Shown here piece by piece: positions 10,576 to 22,465 of a stretch of 64,000 nucleotides of DNA. This stretch comes from TPA_inf: Saccharomyces (lineage: Eukaryota). Positions within the stretch are counted from its first letter, which is position 1, and every line of letters begins with the position of its first letter. The position numbers and the translations under genes are program-made. Location of the stretch: NCBI GenBank assembly GCA_000146045.2, contig BK006939.2, forward strand, positions 320,001-384,000, given 5' to 3'. Below the pieces are notes generated by a model. That model did not search any database. It worked only from the letters and a program-made list of their open reading frames with translations, and was not told where the DNA came from.

Positions 10576-12306
10576 ATGTTGAAATATCGTACATTGTCTC
10601 GATCATGTCATATTTTTCACCCAAAATCTCTTTCAAACAATACCCTGAAATCTGAAACTACTCAGGAACTACTTCAAACTGTGGGATTCGTAAGACGCTC
10701 GCAGGTTGGGTTGTTCCAATGGCTGCCACTTGGACTCAGATCACTTAATAAAGTATCAAATGCTATACGGAACCGAATGGATAGCGATGGTGGAGCCATA
10801 GAAGTTTCATTAAGTGCTATCTCGTCAAAAGCATTATGGCAAGCGACGGATCGCTGGAACAACAGTGAATTATTTAAATTGAAGGATTCTAAAGGGAAGC
10901 AGTACTGCTTGACAGCAACATGTGAGGAGGACATTACAGATTTAATGAAAAATTACATTGCTAGTTATAAAGATATGCCTATCACAATATACCAAATGAC
11001 AAGAAAATATAGGGACGAAATCAGACCCAGGGGTGGTATCTTACGTGGACGAGAATTTTTAATGAAGGATGCGTATTCGTTTGCTAGTAATGAAGAGGAT
11101 GCGTTTGCCAGTTTTCAAAAGCTAGATGATACTTACAATAAGATATTCAAAGATCTGAAAATCCCCTTTGTTAGTGCGTGGGCAGATAGCGGTGACATTG
11201 GCGGTGAGTTTAGCAAAGAATTTCACCTGATTCATGAATCCGGTGAGGATACCTTGATGAGTTGCAAACATTGCGGCGATATATCAACTTTGGATATGTC
11301 CCAGTCATATCCTGAAAAAGATGGTCAATATTCAGGTGATGTCGATTGTAAGTATGCTTTGACTAAGGATCACTCAACATTGATATGTTTCTACTATCCA
11401 AAGGATAGACAATTGAATTGGAATTTAGCATTAAATGCTATGGATAAAGACATCGATTTGACGTTGAGGAACAAACCAAATGATCACGTCTTACAAGTCT
11501 ACGAAAAAGATAACGAAGATATTATGTTCAGTAAAATATTAAGAGTTATGGACTGTAGATTGAATTCAAAATCCAACTTTCCTGATTTTCCACTAAAGAA
11601 ATACCTGAAAAATAATTTTGGTCAAATCAGTGACGTTTCTATAGTGGATGCACAGGAAAACGAAATCTGTGGCAAATGTGAGGAAGGAAGGTTAGAACCT
11701 CTCAAAAGTATTGAGGTAGGCCACATATTTTTGCTGGGTAATAAATACTCGAAGCCGTTAAATGTCAAGTTTGTCGACAAAGAAAACAAAAACGAGACAT
11801 TTGTCCATATGGGTTGCTACGGCATTGGAGTAAGCAGGCTAGTTGGAGCAATTGCTGAACTAGGGCGTGATTCCAATGGATTTAGATGGCCCGCTATAAT
11901 GGCTCCATACAAAGTATCGATTTGTACTGGACCAAATAATCCTGAAAACTCACAGAGGTTACAGGATGTTAAATCAGAGCTGCTGAATGATCCTACCATG
12001 CAAAATTTACAGAATGACATCCTTGACCAGTTTAATGAAAAACTGGGTATAGGTGCTAGAATAAAATTATCGCATGCCATGGGTATACCATTATGTGTTA
12101 TCGTGGGCTCAAAAAGTTGGCCCAATGTGGAAATTGAAGTTCGTGGCATAAGATGGGGAGAAAAGGACCTGTGGAGAAAGCAGTTTGAAAAAAGATGTAG
12201 CGAACTGCAATGGAAGTGTACCAAAAATGAACATGGAATTGAGAAACATACTGTTCCAATCCAGCATTTAGCGGAAGTCATTGGCGTATTGCTAAAGGAT
12301 ATGTAG
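10576..12306 (+). CDS. AIM10: AIM10, a mitochondrial class II prolyl-tRNA synthetase-like protein, 576 aa
   Basis: The ORF-track 606-aa ORF has a 30-codon upstream extension, and the true start is MLKYRTLSRS. Class II aaRS motifs are present. Confidence 0.85.
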   Translation: MLKYRTLSRSCHIFHPKSLSNNTLKSETTQELLQTVGFVRRSQVGLFQWLPLGLRSLNKVSNAIRNRMDSDGGAIEVSLSAISSKALWQATDRWNNSELFKLKDSKGKQYCLTATCEEDITDLMKNYIASYKDMPITIYQMTRKYRDEIRPRGGILRGREFLMKDAYSFASNEEDAFASFQKLDDTYNKIFKDLKIPFVSAWADSGDIGGEFSKEFHLIHESGEDTLMSCKHCGDISTLDMSQSYPEKDGQYSGDVDCKYALTKDHSTLICFYYPKDRQLNWNLALNAMDKDIDLTLRNKPNDHVLQVYEKDNEDIMFSKILRVMDCRLNSKSNFPDFPLKKYLKNNFGQISDVSIVDAQENEICGKCEEGRLEPLKSIEVGHIFLLGNKYSKPLNVKFVDKENKNETFVHMGCYGIGVSRLVGAIAELGRDSNGFRWPAIMAPYKVSICTGPNNPENSQRLQDVKSELLNDPTMQNLQNDILDQFNEKLGIGARIKLSHAMGIPLCVIVGSKSWPNVEIEVRGIRWGEKDLWRKQFEKRCSELQWKCTKNEHGIEKHTVPIQHLAEVIGVLLKDM

Positions 12307-12581
12307 CCACAAAGCAAGCCATTTCCGTCTTGTATACATGTATATAACACCAAAATAAAAAGAACCATGAATTGAAAAACATACCTCGTTCTGTGGAAGT
12401 AAGTATTTAGTGTATTAAAGATATATACGTGCTTCTATAGAAACTTGAATCAAAAAGTACCGTGGACGTTATCCGATGGCAGGAATTTATTCAAAACAAG
12501 GCAATTCTCGCGTTCGTTTGCTCGTAGTCTTGTTTTGTCAAATAGGGTGGATAAAAGCTGAATCATTACTGAAGAAAATTC

Positions 12582-12830
12582 TTAAAATAACTTACCGGCA
12601 ACTTTAGAAATAACATGTAATGCAACAACAGAAAAGATGAAACCGACCGCTAGAAACAACACAACTAAGGGATCTACTCTTAGTCCCGTAGCCTCATCAG
12701 AATAAATCTTCAAAATCGAATTATTGCTGTTCGTGTTTTTCTTTGGAGCGGATGCCGCAACTTTTTGTGAACTTCCCTGTTTTCTCTTTTGCAAAGTACG
12801 TTGACCACCTGGAGGAGTTGGGCTTGACAT
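12582..12830 (-). CDS. SBH1: Sec61 translocon beta subunit, 82 aa, tail-anchored
   Basis: Recognised 82-aa protein with a C-terminal TM helix (LVVLFLAVGFIFSVVALHVI). Confidence 0.93.
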   Translation of the reverse strand: MSSPTPPGGQRTLQKRKQGSSQKVAASAPKKNTNSNNSILKIYSDEATGLRVDPLVVLFLAVGFIFSVVALHVISKVAGKLF

Positions 12831-13175
12831 TATGGAGTATGGTAGGAGGTAGAGTGTGGTGTTTTGAAGTGGTGGTTGAAATCTTTTCCCTTCATCAAAA
12901 GGCTACCGTGTATTAAAATAAAAACACGATTTTTTATGATGCTTTCCTTTTCCAATGTGAAAAGTTCAGGGTAACGTTGTTTGCGTTCCACGAAAAAAAA
13001 TAGTTGAAGCGGAAATGAAGAATGGATGAATACGTCATATAAACCAAAGAAACTTTTATACTTTTAAATATGCTAAACTATAGAAATTTAATGAACAAGC
13101 CCGCTAAATTCACATTTTTCTTTTTGTTGTTGATATTTTTTTATTTTTATTTTTTTTTCATTTTAAGTTTTCCCC

Positions 13176-15188
13176 TCACAGCATATCCTTGAAGATAGTG
13201 TTTATGCTTGGCAGCGGACTGTTGTTTGTGGTAGTAGTTGTAGAACTAGAGTGGTTTATCATGTTATTGGTGGTTTCGGTAGTGATGGATGTAGTTGTGG
13301 AAGAAGGCTTCGGTCTCGGAGTAATGGCTTCAGAACGAAAGTTGTTTAACAAAGCAATATCTTGCGGGTTTTTGGAATTAGGGGTGCGATTCATGGTTGC
13401 AGCCGAGGAGCTGGTATCGGAGGTTATGGTGCACCTAGAACCAGCATCAGAAGTATTCGATGAATCATCTGCGGGATCCGGTGAAAAGATCGGATCCGGT
13501 GAAACGTCTTTGGAGGATATGTTGGAACTGCTGGATGAAAAGACAGTCTTGTTACTGGATTGTTTAGCACGGTGCAGCGGGTCTACATTATCTTCGTCAT
13601 CATCGTTACTACCATCACCCATAACGTCCTCTTTGTCGCTACCTTTGTCATCATCAGTGGTAGAACCACTTTTGAACATTCTTGGACAAGTTTTCTTGGA
13701 CAGAGTTTTTTGAGGTGAATGTGTAGGAGACAACATATCCGCATCACTTGACAAGGCGTTTAATCTCCATTGAATTTCCACCTCAGTTCTCTGCGGCAAA
13801 AGAATGGATAGTTCCATAACGGATAGGTTTCTCTTTTTGTTTTCCATTAGCAAAGCGTCTTCATCTTTTGACCATAGATTAGTCGGATTACACGATGACT
13901 TCATAGAATGGCCAGAAAACGAACCTCGTTTAGACTTATGCAAAGTGGATGACGATGACACCGATGAAGAATGTGGGAGATCCATAAAGGTATAAGAGTT
14001 GGGGAAAATGGGCCCGTTGTTGGAGGTAGGACCTCCACTGTTACTTAAGTTGTTTAATCTTTGCTGAAATTCCTTCTTGATGACAGATTCCCTTCTTGAG
14101 TTGGTATTAGAAGTAGAAGCAGTGTTACTGCCGCTATTGTTGACATTGAATATGTTTGACACGGAATTTGGTGCAAGAATCATTGAAGACCGTCTTGAAG
14201 TGTTGTTACTTGAAACATTAAACGATGATCTTCTGGACCAATTCGCAAGCGAGCCCCTTCTTGACTTTGAGCTTAGTAAGACATGCGAAGAGTTTGGAGA
14301 AGACGGAGTAGTGGTTATTGCTACCTGTTGTGGATAGGCAAACGAACTTCTTCTGGATCTAACGAATACTTTAGGAATGAATCCATACTTCTCCTCATCA
14401 TTAGACCGAACGATGGGGTCTTGGTTCAAAGAATTGGTGAAGGAGTGAGAGTTTGACCTTGGCTTTAGAGTCTTATGATGGGGATGGTGGTGTAGGTGTT
14501 GATGAGGATGATGAGGGAGTGCGGCCGGCAGCGTGGGAGGAGCGAACGGCATGGAAGAAGCAGCGTTTGAGACAATCGTAGTGGGAGTCACATTGGACGG
14601 AGATTGAGAAAATGACATCGATGCGTGAAACGAAGGCAACGAGGTCTTTCTGGAGGGAATCGGGATGGATGACGTTGTAGTGAACTCAGCAGTATCTTCC
14701 GTTAATACGTTTTCTTCTACCTTCTTGCTGGGCTTTTGCTGAGCGTTGGCAGTCTCATCGCCGTGGGTGATCTTGAGTGGGCCCGTATAGGTGTTGATGT
14801 CGATCAAAGCAGTCTTGTTCGACTTCAAGTTACCAGACTTCAACCTTCTCCATCTGAACTGACACGCGTTAGGAGTCCTGTTTGGGAAGTATTGCGAAAT
14901 ATCCTTCCAGCCCATTTTCTTGACCTCCTTTAAATGACGTAGCAGCAGATCATCTTGAGGGTCCCAAGAGGAAGGGTTCTTGCTCGAATTCTTGGAAGAC
15001 GCAGATGCCGATGCCGAAGTCGACGATGAAGAGGAAGCTGGCAGAGAGGGCGAAGATTCCTGGGCTTCGTTCTTGGACATAGCTGTTGACGACGAGTGTG
15101 GCTGACGAGTGAGTGAGTGTAGCTGAGGATGGGTGTCCATGCTGCTCAAATGAATGGAAGCTGAGTTCAAACTGGTTGAAATGGACAT
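13176..15188 (-). CDS. DOT6: DOT6, a Myb-like PAC-motif-binding repressor of ribosome-biogenesis genes, 670 aa
   Basis: The 731-aa ORF-track product carries a 61-codon spurious N-terminal extension, and the true start is MSISTSLNSA. It has a SANT/Myb region (WDPQDDLLLRHL...) and Ser-rich low complexity. Confidence 0.85.
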   Translation of the reverse strand: MSISTSLNSASIHLSSMDTHPQLHSLTRQPHSSSTAMSKNEAQESSPSLPASSSSSTSASASASSKNSSKNPSSWDPQDDLLLRHLKEVKKMGWKDISQYFPNRTPNACQFRWRRLKSGNLKSNKTALIDINTYTGPLKITHGDETANAQQKPSKKVEENVLTEDTAEFTTTSSIPIPSRKTSLPSFHASMSFSQSPSNVTPTTIVSNAASSMPFAPPTLPAALPHHPHQHLHHHPHHKTLKPRSNSHSFTNSLNQDPIVRSNDEEKYGFIPKVFVRSRRSSFAYPQQVAITTTPSSPNSSHVLLSSKSRRGSLANWSRRSSFNVSSNNTSRRSSMILAPNSVSNIFNVNNSGSNTASTSNTNSRRESVIKKEFQQRLNNLSNSGGPTSNNGPIFPNSYTFMDLPHSSSVSSSSTLHKSKRGSFSGHSMKSSCNPTNLWSKDEDALLMENKKRNLSVMELSILLPQRTEVEIQWRLNALSSDADMLSPTHSPQKTLSKKTCPRMFKSGSTTDDDKGSDKEDVMGDGSNDDDEDNVDPLHRAKQSSNKTVFSSSSSNISSKDVSPDPIFSPDPADDSSNTSDAGSRCTITSDTSSSAATMNRTPNSKNPQDIALLNNFRSEAITPRPKPSSTTTSITTETTNNMINHSSSTTTTTNNSPLPSINTIFKDML

Positions 15189-15945
15189 CACGGAGCAGAG
15201 AAGGGAGGGAAGACTGGAACGTGCACGGAAGCTATTCGATGAGGTCGGATGAACTGACTGTGAAAAGGAGGAAACACGGATAAATATACTACAAAAGAGA
15301 GAAAAAATACAACAAGATACCAAACAGGACGAAAGAGAGAAGAAATAGAGAAGATGCAAAGAAAAGAACACTTTTCAAAACCTGTCCCTGTTTTTGTTGT
15401 ACTCGGTTTTTTTCCTTTTTAAACTGTGTGCACTTTCTGATTCCGTCTTGTCGAGGCTGTCGGAGAAAAGAGTAGCACACACGACGATAACAATAGATAC
15501 GGTAGATTGGATGGGGCACAGATGTGCAAGGCAATGCGCGAATCCTGTCTACGATGTCTGTACCGTCCATCCTTTCTCCTTTGCATCGGAAACATCCGCG
15601 CTGTCTACCTTAGGAGGACCTCATGGGACGGGCGCTGGGGACTCGTGCCCATCCGGGACTGGGGGTGAGATTTCACAACGGGGCCGCTGCTGGTCTCACC
15701 CTCTGGCCGGGCCGGTCCGTTTTTGTGGCGTCGCTGCAGGTAAACGCGCAGTTTCTGCGCGTTTACCCCTGAGGTGAATACCATCTTCAAGCGTCAAACT
15801 GCATCCGGATATCCTGCTGTTGGTAGCGATGGTGGTGGTAGTGGTGTATGCTCTTGGTTCTGGTGGTGTCTTGCGTCTTCTCTTCTCTTTCTGTTCGTTC
15901 GGTTCGTATATAGGTATGTATATATAATGAAGGATGGAAGATCCT

Positions 15946-17340
15946 TCATTGCAAGTGGGAACGGCCGGCCTTGTGGTCAGTGTTACTGTCATTCTCGGGA
16001 TGGGAGGAAGCCGGGTCATGGCCCATGGTTTGGAGCAGTTGGGCCAAGGCAGACTGGGGAAGAGTGTAGGTGACTTTGTTCCCGTTGCTGTCTGTCTTCA
16101 CTCCTCCTGTAGCACCAAGTAGCGCCTCCAAGGATGCTAGATCAATGGGGCCGGAGGTCTTGCTCTTGGATTGGCTGGAAGGGTCAAGATTTTCTGCATC
16201 TGTGTCAGCGTCCGTGTCGTCTATGTCCATTGGATCGTCGTTATCGGCGGCAGTCACCGAGGCCACAGCGGCTTCGTGGTCGCGAGTGAATTTGTCCTGA
16301 GGTTTCTTCGTAGTGATAGCGAACACCTGTTCGTCGTTACATTTGGAAAAATCGTAGTAACTAAACACCCTTCTTCTCTTGTCTGCAAAAGAACGCACTG
16401 ATGTGCGGTGGGCCTTGGACTTCATACGGTCGCTCCATTGAGCGACGTCTTCACCTTCTTTCAGCAGCGCGACAACCACTATACTCATGTTGTCGCATCC
16501 AATACCCGTCCCCTCTGTGGTGGGAGCACAACAGACATCGATGATCCGCGAAGAAATTTCATTCAATGTCTTGCCTTCGCGAAGGCCGAGATGAACCAAG
16601 TCCACACAATCTTGGGAAGTCAAACAATCCCAGATACCATCACAGGCTAAGATTACAAACTCGTCCCTATCGTAATCTAGAGAATGCTCGAGAATGTCCG
16701 GAACACATGTCACTATTTGCTCCTCGGGGCCCAATTTGGGGTTGGATTTGAACTCAAAATCACCAATGGCACGAGAGAGCGCCAAGTTACCGTTGACCCT
16801 ATCCATTTCTACGAAGCCATCAGCTGCCACAATACGTGATTTTTCGCTTGCTAGAGTGGGCTTGTGATCGTATGATAATGCCTTTGCGTTCCCGTCGGTG
16901 GCGAGTACGGTTCTACTGTCACCAGCGTTACCACATACTAACAAGTTCTGGGACTTTGATACTAATATGGATGTAGCCGTACATCCGCTATGGTCTTCTT
17001 TCATCACAGGATCTTGTAACAGTTTCACGTCTGTGTTTATGAAAGTATCAATCAAAGCCCTTGGTAAATTTCCTTCATGGAACGATTTCTGCTCTTGCAG
17101 GATCTCCACTATTTTATTACCACAGTATTCTGCTACTTTAGCGCCACCATGACCATCGAATATACCGTAAAATGCAATATGGTCCTTATCGGACTTTGTC
17201 AAAACATTAGGCTCTAGAATGTGTGAATCCTCCATTGACATCCGCCACCCTTGCATTGCACACAGTCCAAACGCGGTCAAGGAGTCAGCACCGGAGTGGC
17301 TCTCTTTATCAATTACCGGGTTTGATAGAATTTGTCCCAT
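15946..17340 (-). CDS. PTC2: PP2C-type protein phosphatase, 464 aa
   Basis: N-terminal MGQILS, PP2C catalytic motifs (GxFDGHGG, DGxWD) and an acidic C-terminal tail. Confidence 0.93.
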
Positions 17341-17786
17341 TTTTCTTTTTCTGGTTCTCTATATTTTATACAACAATGGAATAGTCAAAATCCTAGGGAT
17401 GTTATTAATCGGAAAACTACTATCTCGAACGAATAGTTATAATTAATCAATGAAAAAAAAAAAGAGAAAGTAAAAAATGTTACAACAACTAATATACACT
17501 AATTGTCCTTGATAACAGAACTTGTTGTAGTTTTATTCCGTGGGGAGGAGGGTGAATTTTTTTTATTTAGTTTTAAAGAACAAAACAGAAGTCTATATAC
17601 TTAGCACTATAATATCCAGTTTCAATTTGCTCTGTCAGAATCCGAATTGGCTGGTTTTCTTTGTTTTACCATCCCCTTCCATTTATCAGCATGATATTTT
17701 TTTTTTTAGAATAATCCTTTCAATCGTTGAAGTAGTTTGTGGGAAAAAAAAAGTTGTTAAAGGCATTAACGTACACAGTGATTTGC

Positions 17787-17793
17787 TGACTCA
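17787..17793 (+). promoter_or_regulatory. Gcn4 site TGACTCA about 155 bp upstream of TRP2
   Basis: Exact match to the TGACTCA consensus. Confidence 0.5.
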
Positions 17794-17948
17794 TTACGAT
17801 TTTTCACTCATCGAAGTATTGTTAGATTTTGATATATTAACATGACTAAAGGGCTATGGTCCATCGTAGCAGAAGGCAATCATCACTTTAAAACCGAGGC
17901 CACAATCGATAATTAGCACTGATATTCTGATTGGAAAAAAGGCAAAAA

Positions 17949-19472
17949 ATGACCGCTTCCATCAAAATTCAACCGGATATTGACTCTCTAAAGCAATTAC
18001 AGCAGCAAAATGACGATAGTTCCATAAATATGTATCCCGTGTATGCGTATTTGCCATCATTGGATCTGACTCCTCACGTGGCATATCTAAAATTGGCACA
18101 ATTGAACAACCCTGATAGAAAGGAATCATTTCTGTTGGAAAGTGCTAAGACAAATAATGAATTAGATCGTTATTCATTCATAGGTATCTCGCCACGCAAG
18201 ACCATCAAAACCGGTCCTACTGAAGGCATTGAAACAGATCCTTTGGAAATTTTGGAAAAGGAGATGTCTACCTTTAAAGTAGCCGAAAATGTTCCTGGTT
18301 TACCGAAATTAAGTGGTGGTGCTATTGGTTATATTTCTTATGACTGTGTTCGTTATTTCGAGCCAAAAACAAGAAGGCCTTTGAAAGATGTCCTAAGACT
18401 TCCAGAGGCATATTTAATGCTTTGTGATACCATTATTGCCTTTGATAATGTTTTTCAGAGATTTCAAATCATTCATAACATTAATACCAATGAAACTTCG
18501 TTGGAGGAAGGTTACCAAGCTGCAGCACAAATAATCACTGATATCGTATCAAAGCTAACCGACGATTCCTCGCCAATACCATATCCAGAACAACCTCCTA
18601 TTAAATTGAATCAAACTTTTGAATCGAATGTGGGCAAGGAAGGTTACGAAAATCACGTCTCCACTTTGAAGAAGCATATTAAGAAAGGTGATATTATTCA
18701 AGGTGTGCCATCGCAAAGAGTGGCAAGGCCAACTTCGTTACATCCTTTCAATATTTACAGACATTTACGTACAGTGAACCCATCTCCTTACCTGTTTTAT
18801 ATTGATTGTTTGGATTTCCAAATCATTGGTGCATCTCCAGAATTGTTGTGCAAATCGGATTCCAAAAATAGAGTCATTACCCATCCAATTGCTGGTACTG
18901 TCAAACGTGGGGCTACTACTGAAGAGGATGATGCTTTAGCGGACCAATTACGTGGCTCGTTAAAAGACCGTGCAGAACATGTTATGCTGGTAGATTTAGC
19001 AAGAAACGATATTAACAGAATTTGTGACCCATTAACAACAAGTGTCGATAAACTGTTAACTATTCAAAAATTTTCTCATGTCCAACATCTGGTTTCTCAA
19101 GTCAGCGGTGTTCTCCGCCCAGAAAAGACAAGATTTGATGCATTCAGATCGATTTTCCCTGCAGGTACTGTCAGTGGTGCTCCAAAGGTTAGAGCCATGG
19201 AATTGATTGCCGAACTAGAAGGAGAAAGGCGTGGGGTTTATGCAGGCGCCGTAGGTCATTGGTCATACGACGGTAAAACAATGGACAATTGTATCGCTTT
19301 AAGGACTATGGTCTATAAAGATGGCATTGCTTACTTGCAAGCTGGCGGTGGTATTGTTTACGATTCAGATGAGTACGATGAATATGTCGAAACCATGAAT
19401 AAAATGATGGCCAATCACAGTACTATTGTGCAAGCAGAAGAATTGTGGGCCGATATCGTAGGATCAGCTTAA
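17949..19472 (+). CDS. TRP2: Anthranilate synthase component I, 507 aa
   Basis: Chorismate-binding enzyme family. The true start is MTASIKIQPD, 6 codons into the ORF-track ORF. Confidence 0.93.
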   Translation: MTASIKIQPDIDSLKQLQQQNDDSSINMYPVYAYLPSLDLTPHVAYLKLAQLNNPDRKESFLLESAKTNNELDRYSFIGISPRKTIKTGPTEGIETDPLEILEKEMSTFKVAENVPGLPKLSGGAIGYISYDCVRYFEPKTRRPLKDVLRLPEAYLMLCDTIIAFDNVFQRFQIIHNINTNETSLEEGYQAAAQIITDIVSKLTDDSSPIPYPEQPPIKLNQTFESNVGKEGYENHVSTLKKHIKKGDIIQGVPSQRVARPTSLHPFNIYRHLRTVNPSPYLFYIDCLDFQIIGASPELLCKSDSKNRVITHPIAGTVKRGATTEEDDALADQLRGSLKDRAEHVMLVDLARNDINRICDPLTTSVDKLLTIQKFSHVQHLVSQVSGVLRPEKTRFDAFRSIFPAGTVSGAPKVRAMELIAELEGERRGVYAGAVGHWSYDGKTMDNCIALRTMVYKDGIAYLQAGGGIVYDSDEYDEYVETMNKMMANHSTIVQAEELWADIVGSA

Positions 19473-19863
19473 AAAGGGCATTCTCTGTTTTTTTCCCCTT
19501 AGACGACATTTTTATAGTTTTCGAATAATATGATATAATGATGTATAGCAGGATCCTGAAAAGTATTATTCTTTCGACATATACATTTGGTCCGACTTAC
19601 AACCAAAAAATTTTTGTTCAAAAAATATAGGAAATTTTAGAAAACGAATGTTGAATGCGTTATAAATAATACAGAATGTACGTGTATATAAAAATATAAT
19701 AAAAAAAATGCAAGAGTTATGGCTTTGTAATAAAATTGATATCAAAAAATTACCCAAATAAACTTTTAAATGTGAACACAAAAATTAAATCACCGATGTT
19801 GAATCCCAGAATAAAAAACAAAAAGTTCAGAAAATATCATTACTTTGCTTCCTTTTTAAAACC

Positions 19864-22167
19864 TTAATTCTTGTATTGTTCACGGAAGTACTTGGCGGCT
19901 TCGACCATATGAGTCAAAGACAATCTAGTTTCTTCCCAGCCTCTAGTCTTCAAACCACAATCTGGGTTAACCCAGAACTTTTCAGCTGGGTAGCTCTTCA
20001 AGATGGTTGAAATCTTGGCGATAAATTCATCCTTTGATGGAATTCTTGGAGAATGAATATCGAATAAACCTAGACCAATGTGGTTTGGATAGTTTTTGAA
20101 TTCAGCAATGTAGTTAGCATCGTCCTTCTTAGAGAATTCGATGGAAACAACATCAGCATCCAAAGCCTTGATATGGTTTGGATCCAAGTCAGAGTAACAG
20201 AAATGAGAGTGTATTTGAGTCTTGTTAGCAACACCAGAAGTAGCAACTCTGAAAGCTTCGGCAGCCCAGGTGTAGTAAGCAGATCTCTCAGTACCTTCTC
20301 TCAATGGTAAACCTTCTCTTAAAGCTGGTTCATCAACTTGGATAACCTTGATACCGGCAGCTTCCAAATCATTGACTTCATCTCTCAAAGCCAAAGCTAA
20401 TTGCATAGCTTGAGTTTTTTGGTCGACATCGTCTCTTGGGAAAGACCATCTCAAACAGGTAATTGGACCAGTCAACATACCCTTTACTGGCTTAGAAGTG
20501 ATGGATTGAGCGTAAACAGATTCCTTGACGGACATAGCCTTTGGTCTGGACAAGTCACCAACAATAATTGGTGGTCTGACATATCTGGAACCGTAAGATT
20601 GAACCCAACCGTTAACAGTGAAAGCATAACCGTTGATTTGTTCACCGAAGTATTGAACCATATCGTTTCTTTCTGGTTCACCGTGGACTAAGACATCCAA
20701 ACCAATTTCTTCTTGGAATCTGATGACCTTTTCAATTTCAGAATTGATGAATTTTTCATATTCTTCAGCAGAGATGGTGCCCTTGTTGAATTTGTTTCTG
20801 TTAATTCTGATGTCCTTGGTTTGAGGGAAGGAACCAATAGTTGTTGTTGGGAACAATGGCAAGTTGAAGACTTTTTGTTGTTCAGGCAATCTTTGTTCAA
20901 ATGGAGCTGCTCTAGTAGACATTTTTTCGTCGATAGAGGCAACTCTGGCCTTAACGGCAGCATCGTGGATAAACTTGGATTTACCTCTGGATTCAACAGA
21001 TTTAGCGTTAGCTTCTAGGGCAGCAGCAACGTCTTGACCGGAAACGTTCTTGGTGATCACAACAACTTCATCCAATTTTTGAGTGGCGAAAGAGAAAAAG
21101 CCCTTGATTTCAGCGTCCAACTTGGTTTCGTTGTTCAAATCAACTGGTGTGTGCAATAGAGAAGAAGAAGTGGCAACAACGACTCTGTCAGCACCCAACT
21201 TTTCAATAGCCTTGTTAACGATAGCGGAAGACTTCTTGAAATCATTCTTCCAAATGTTTCTACCATCAACAATACCAACGGACAAGGTTTGTTTGTTACC
21301 AATGGCGGCAACGACTTCATCAAATTGTTCTGGAGCTCTAACAAAGTCAACGTGTAAGGCAGCAACTGGCAAGCCCTTGATGGCGTCTAAGTTAGGGACA
21401 ACGGTACCGAAGTAAGTAGCCAAAGTAATCTTTGGTAGATTGCTTTGTTCACCGAAGTAAGTGTAAGCCTTCTTAATGGCGGCTTGGGCGTTGGCAGGCA
21501 AGTCCAAAACTAAGACAGGTTCGTCAATTTGAACTTCAGTGGCACCAGCAGAAGCCAATTTAGATAGGATTTCAGTGTATAGAGGCAACAATTGTTCCAA
21601 TAGGGACAATGGTTCCAAATCTAGAGAATCCTTGTCAGCCTTACCCAAGAATAAGTAAGAAACTGGACCCAACAAGACAGGTCTAGTATGAATACCTAAC
21701 TCCTTGGCTTCCAAAAATTCGTCAACTGGCTTTTGGCCGTTCAACTTAAATTGAGTGGTCTTGGAGAAAGTTGGTCTAACGTAATGGTAGTTAGAGTCGA
21801 ACCATTTAACCATTTCCAAAGCAGTGACGTCGACAGCCTTTTCAGTTTCAGTGGCCTTTCTTTGTAAACCTCTACCCATAGCAAACAAAGTGTCGATTGG
21901 AGATAGATCGTACTTAGTGTAACGGTCTGGAATGACATTGAACAACAAAGACAAATCCAAAACTTGGTCGTAAAAGGAGAAGTCATTGGATGGGATGATA
22001 TCAACACCAGCCTCCTTTTGCAACTTCCAGTTTTGAGTTCTCAAATCCTTACCGACCTTGAATAATTCATCGACAGTGATTTTACCGTTCCAGTAACCTT
22101 CAGTGGCCTTCTTTAATTCTCTGTTTGGACCGATTCTTGGGAACCCTAAGACAGCAGATTGAACCAT
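19864..22167 (-). CDS. MET6: Cobalamin-independent methionine synthase, 767 aa
   Basis: Full-length 767-aa protein MVQSAVLGFPRIGPNREL... with strong codon bias. Confidence 0.97.
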   Translation of the reverse strand: MVQSAVLGFPRIGPNRELKKATEGYWNGKITVDELFKVGKDLRTQNWKLQKEAGVDIIPSNDFSFYDQVLDLSLLFNVIPDRYTKYDLSPIDTLFAMGRGLQRKATETEKAVDVTALEMVKWFDSNYHYVRPTFSKTTQFKLNGQKPVDEFLEAKELGIHTRPVLLGPVSYLFLGKADKDSLDLEPLSLLEQLLPLYTEILSKLASAGATEVQIDEPVLVLDLPANAQAAIKKAYTYFGEQSNLPKITLATYFGTVVPNLDAIKGLPVAALHVDFVRAPEQFDEVVAAIGNKQTLSVGIVDGRNIWKNDFKKSSAIVNKAIEKLGADRVVVATSSSLLHTPVDLNNETKLDAEIKGFFSFATQKLDEVVVITKNVSGQDVAAALEANAKSVESRGKSKFIHDAAVKARVASIDEKMSTRAAPFEQRLPEQQKVFNLPLFPTTTIGSFPQTKDIRINRNKFNKGTISAEEYEKFINSEIEKVIRFQEEIGLDVLVHGEPERNDMVQYFGEQINGYAFTVNGWVQSYGSRYVRPPIIVGDLSRPKAMSVKESVYAQSITSKPVKGMLTGPITCLRWSFPRDDVDQKTQAMQLALALRDEVNDLEAAGIKVIQVDEPALREGLPLREGTERSAYYTWAAEAFRVATSGVANKTQIHSHFCYSDLDPNHIKALDADVVSIEFSKKDDANYIAEFKNYPNHIGLGLFDIHSPRIPSKDEFIAKISTILKSYPAEKFWVNPDCGLKTRGWEETRLSLTHMVEAAKYFREQYKN

Positions 22168-22465
22168 TTTTGATATGTACTTTGAAATTATATTGGTATT
22201 TTGTTTCTTAGAGTGTTGTCAATGCTCTTAGATGCTTGCTTTTTTATGATAAAGGAAGAGTTTAACAAAAATATTGAATACGTAAAAGAGAAACTAATGC
22301 TAGTAAAGATGGAAATATCTATCACTTATATAGAATTTTTTTTTCTTTCCTTTTTTTCTTTCGCAGTTGGGAAAACTAGCTAGCTTCCCTTAAATTAGTG
22401 CATCTATCGCATTTGTTCCATATTCACATTCACAGTTCTCAATTGAGCAGAACGAGCTATGACTA

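Noticed and set aside
15394-16073. Three mutually overlapping ORFs of 99 to 127 aa in the DOT6/PTC2 intergenic region
   Set aside because: They arise from local GC richness, which leaves few stop codons. They are on both strands, overlap each other, and have no protein-like composition. They are retained only as a finding about the GC island itself.
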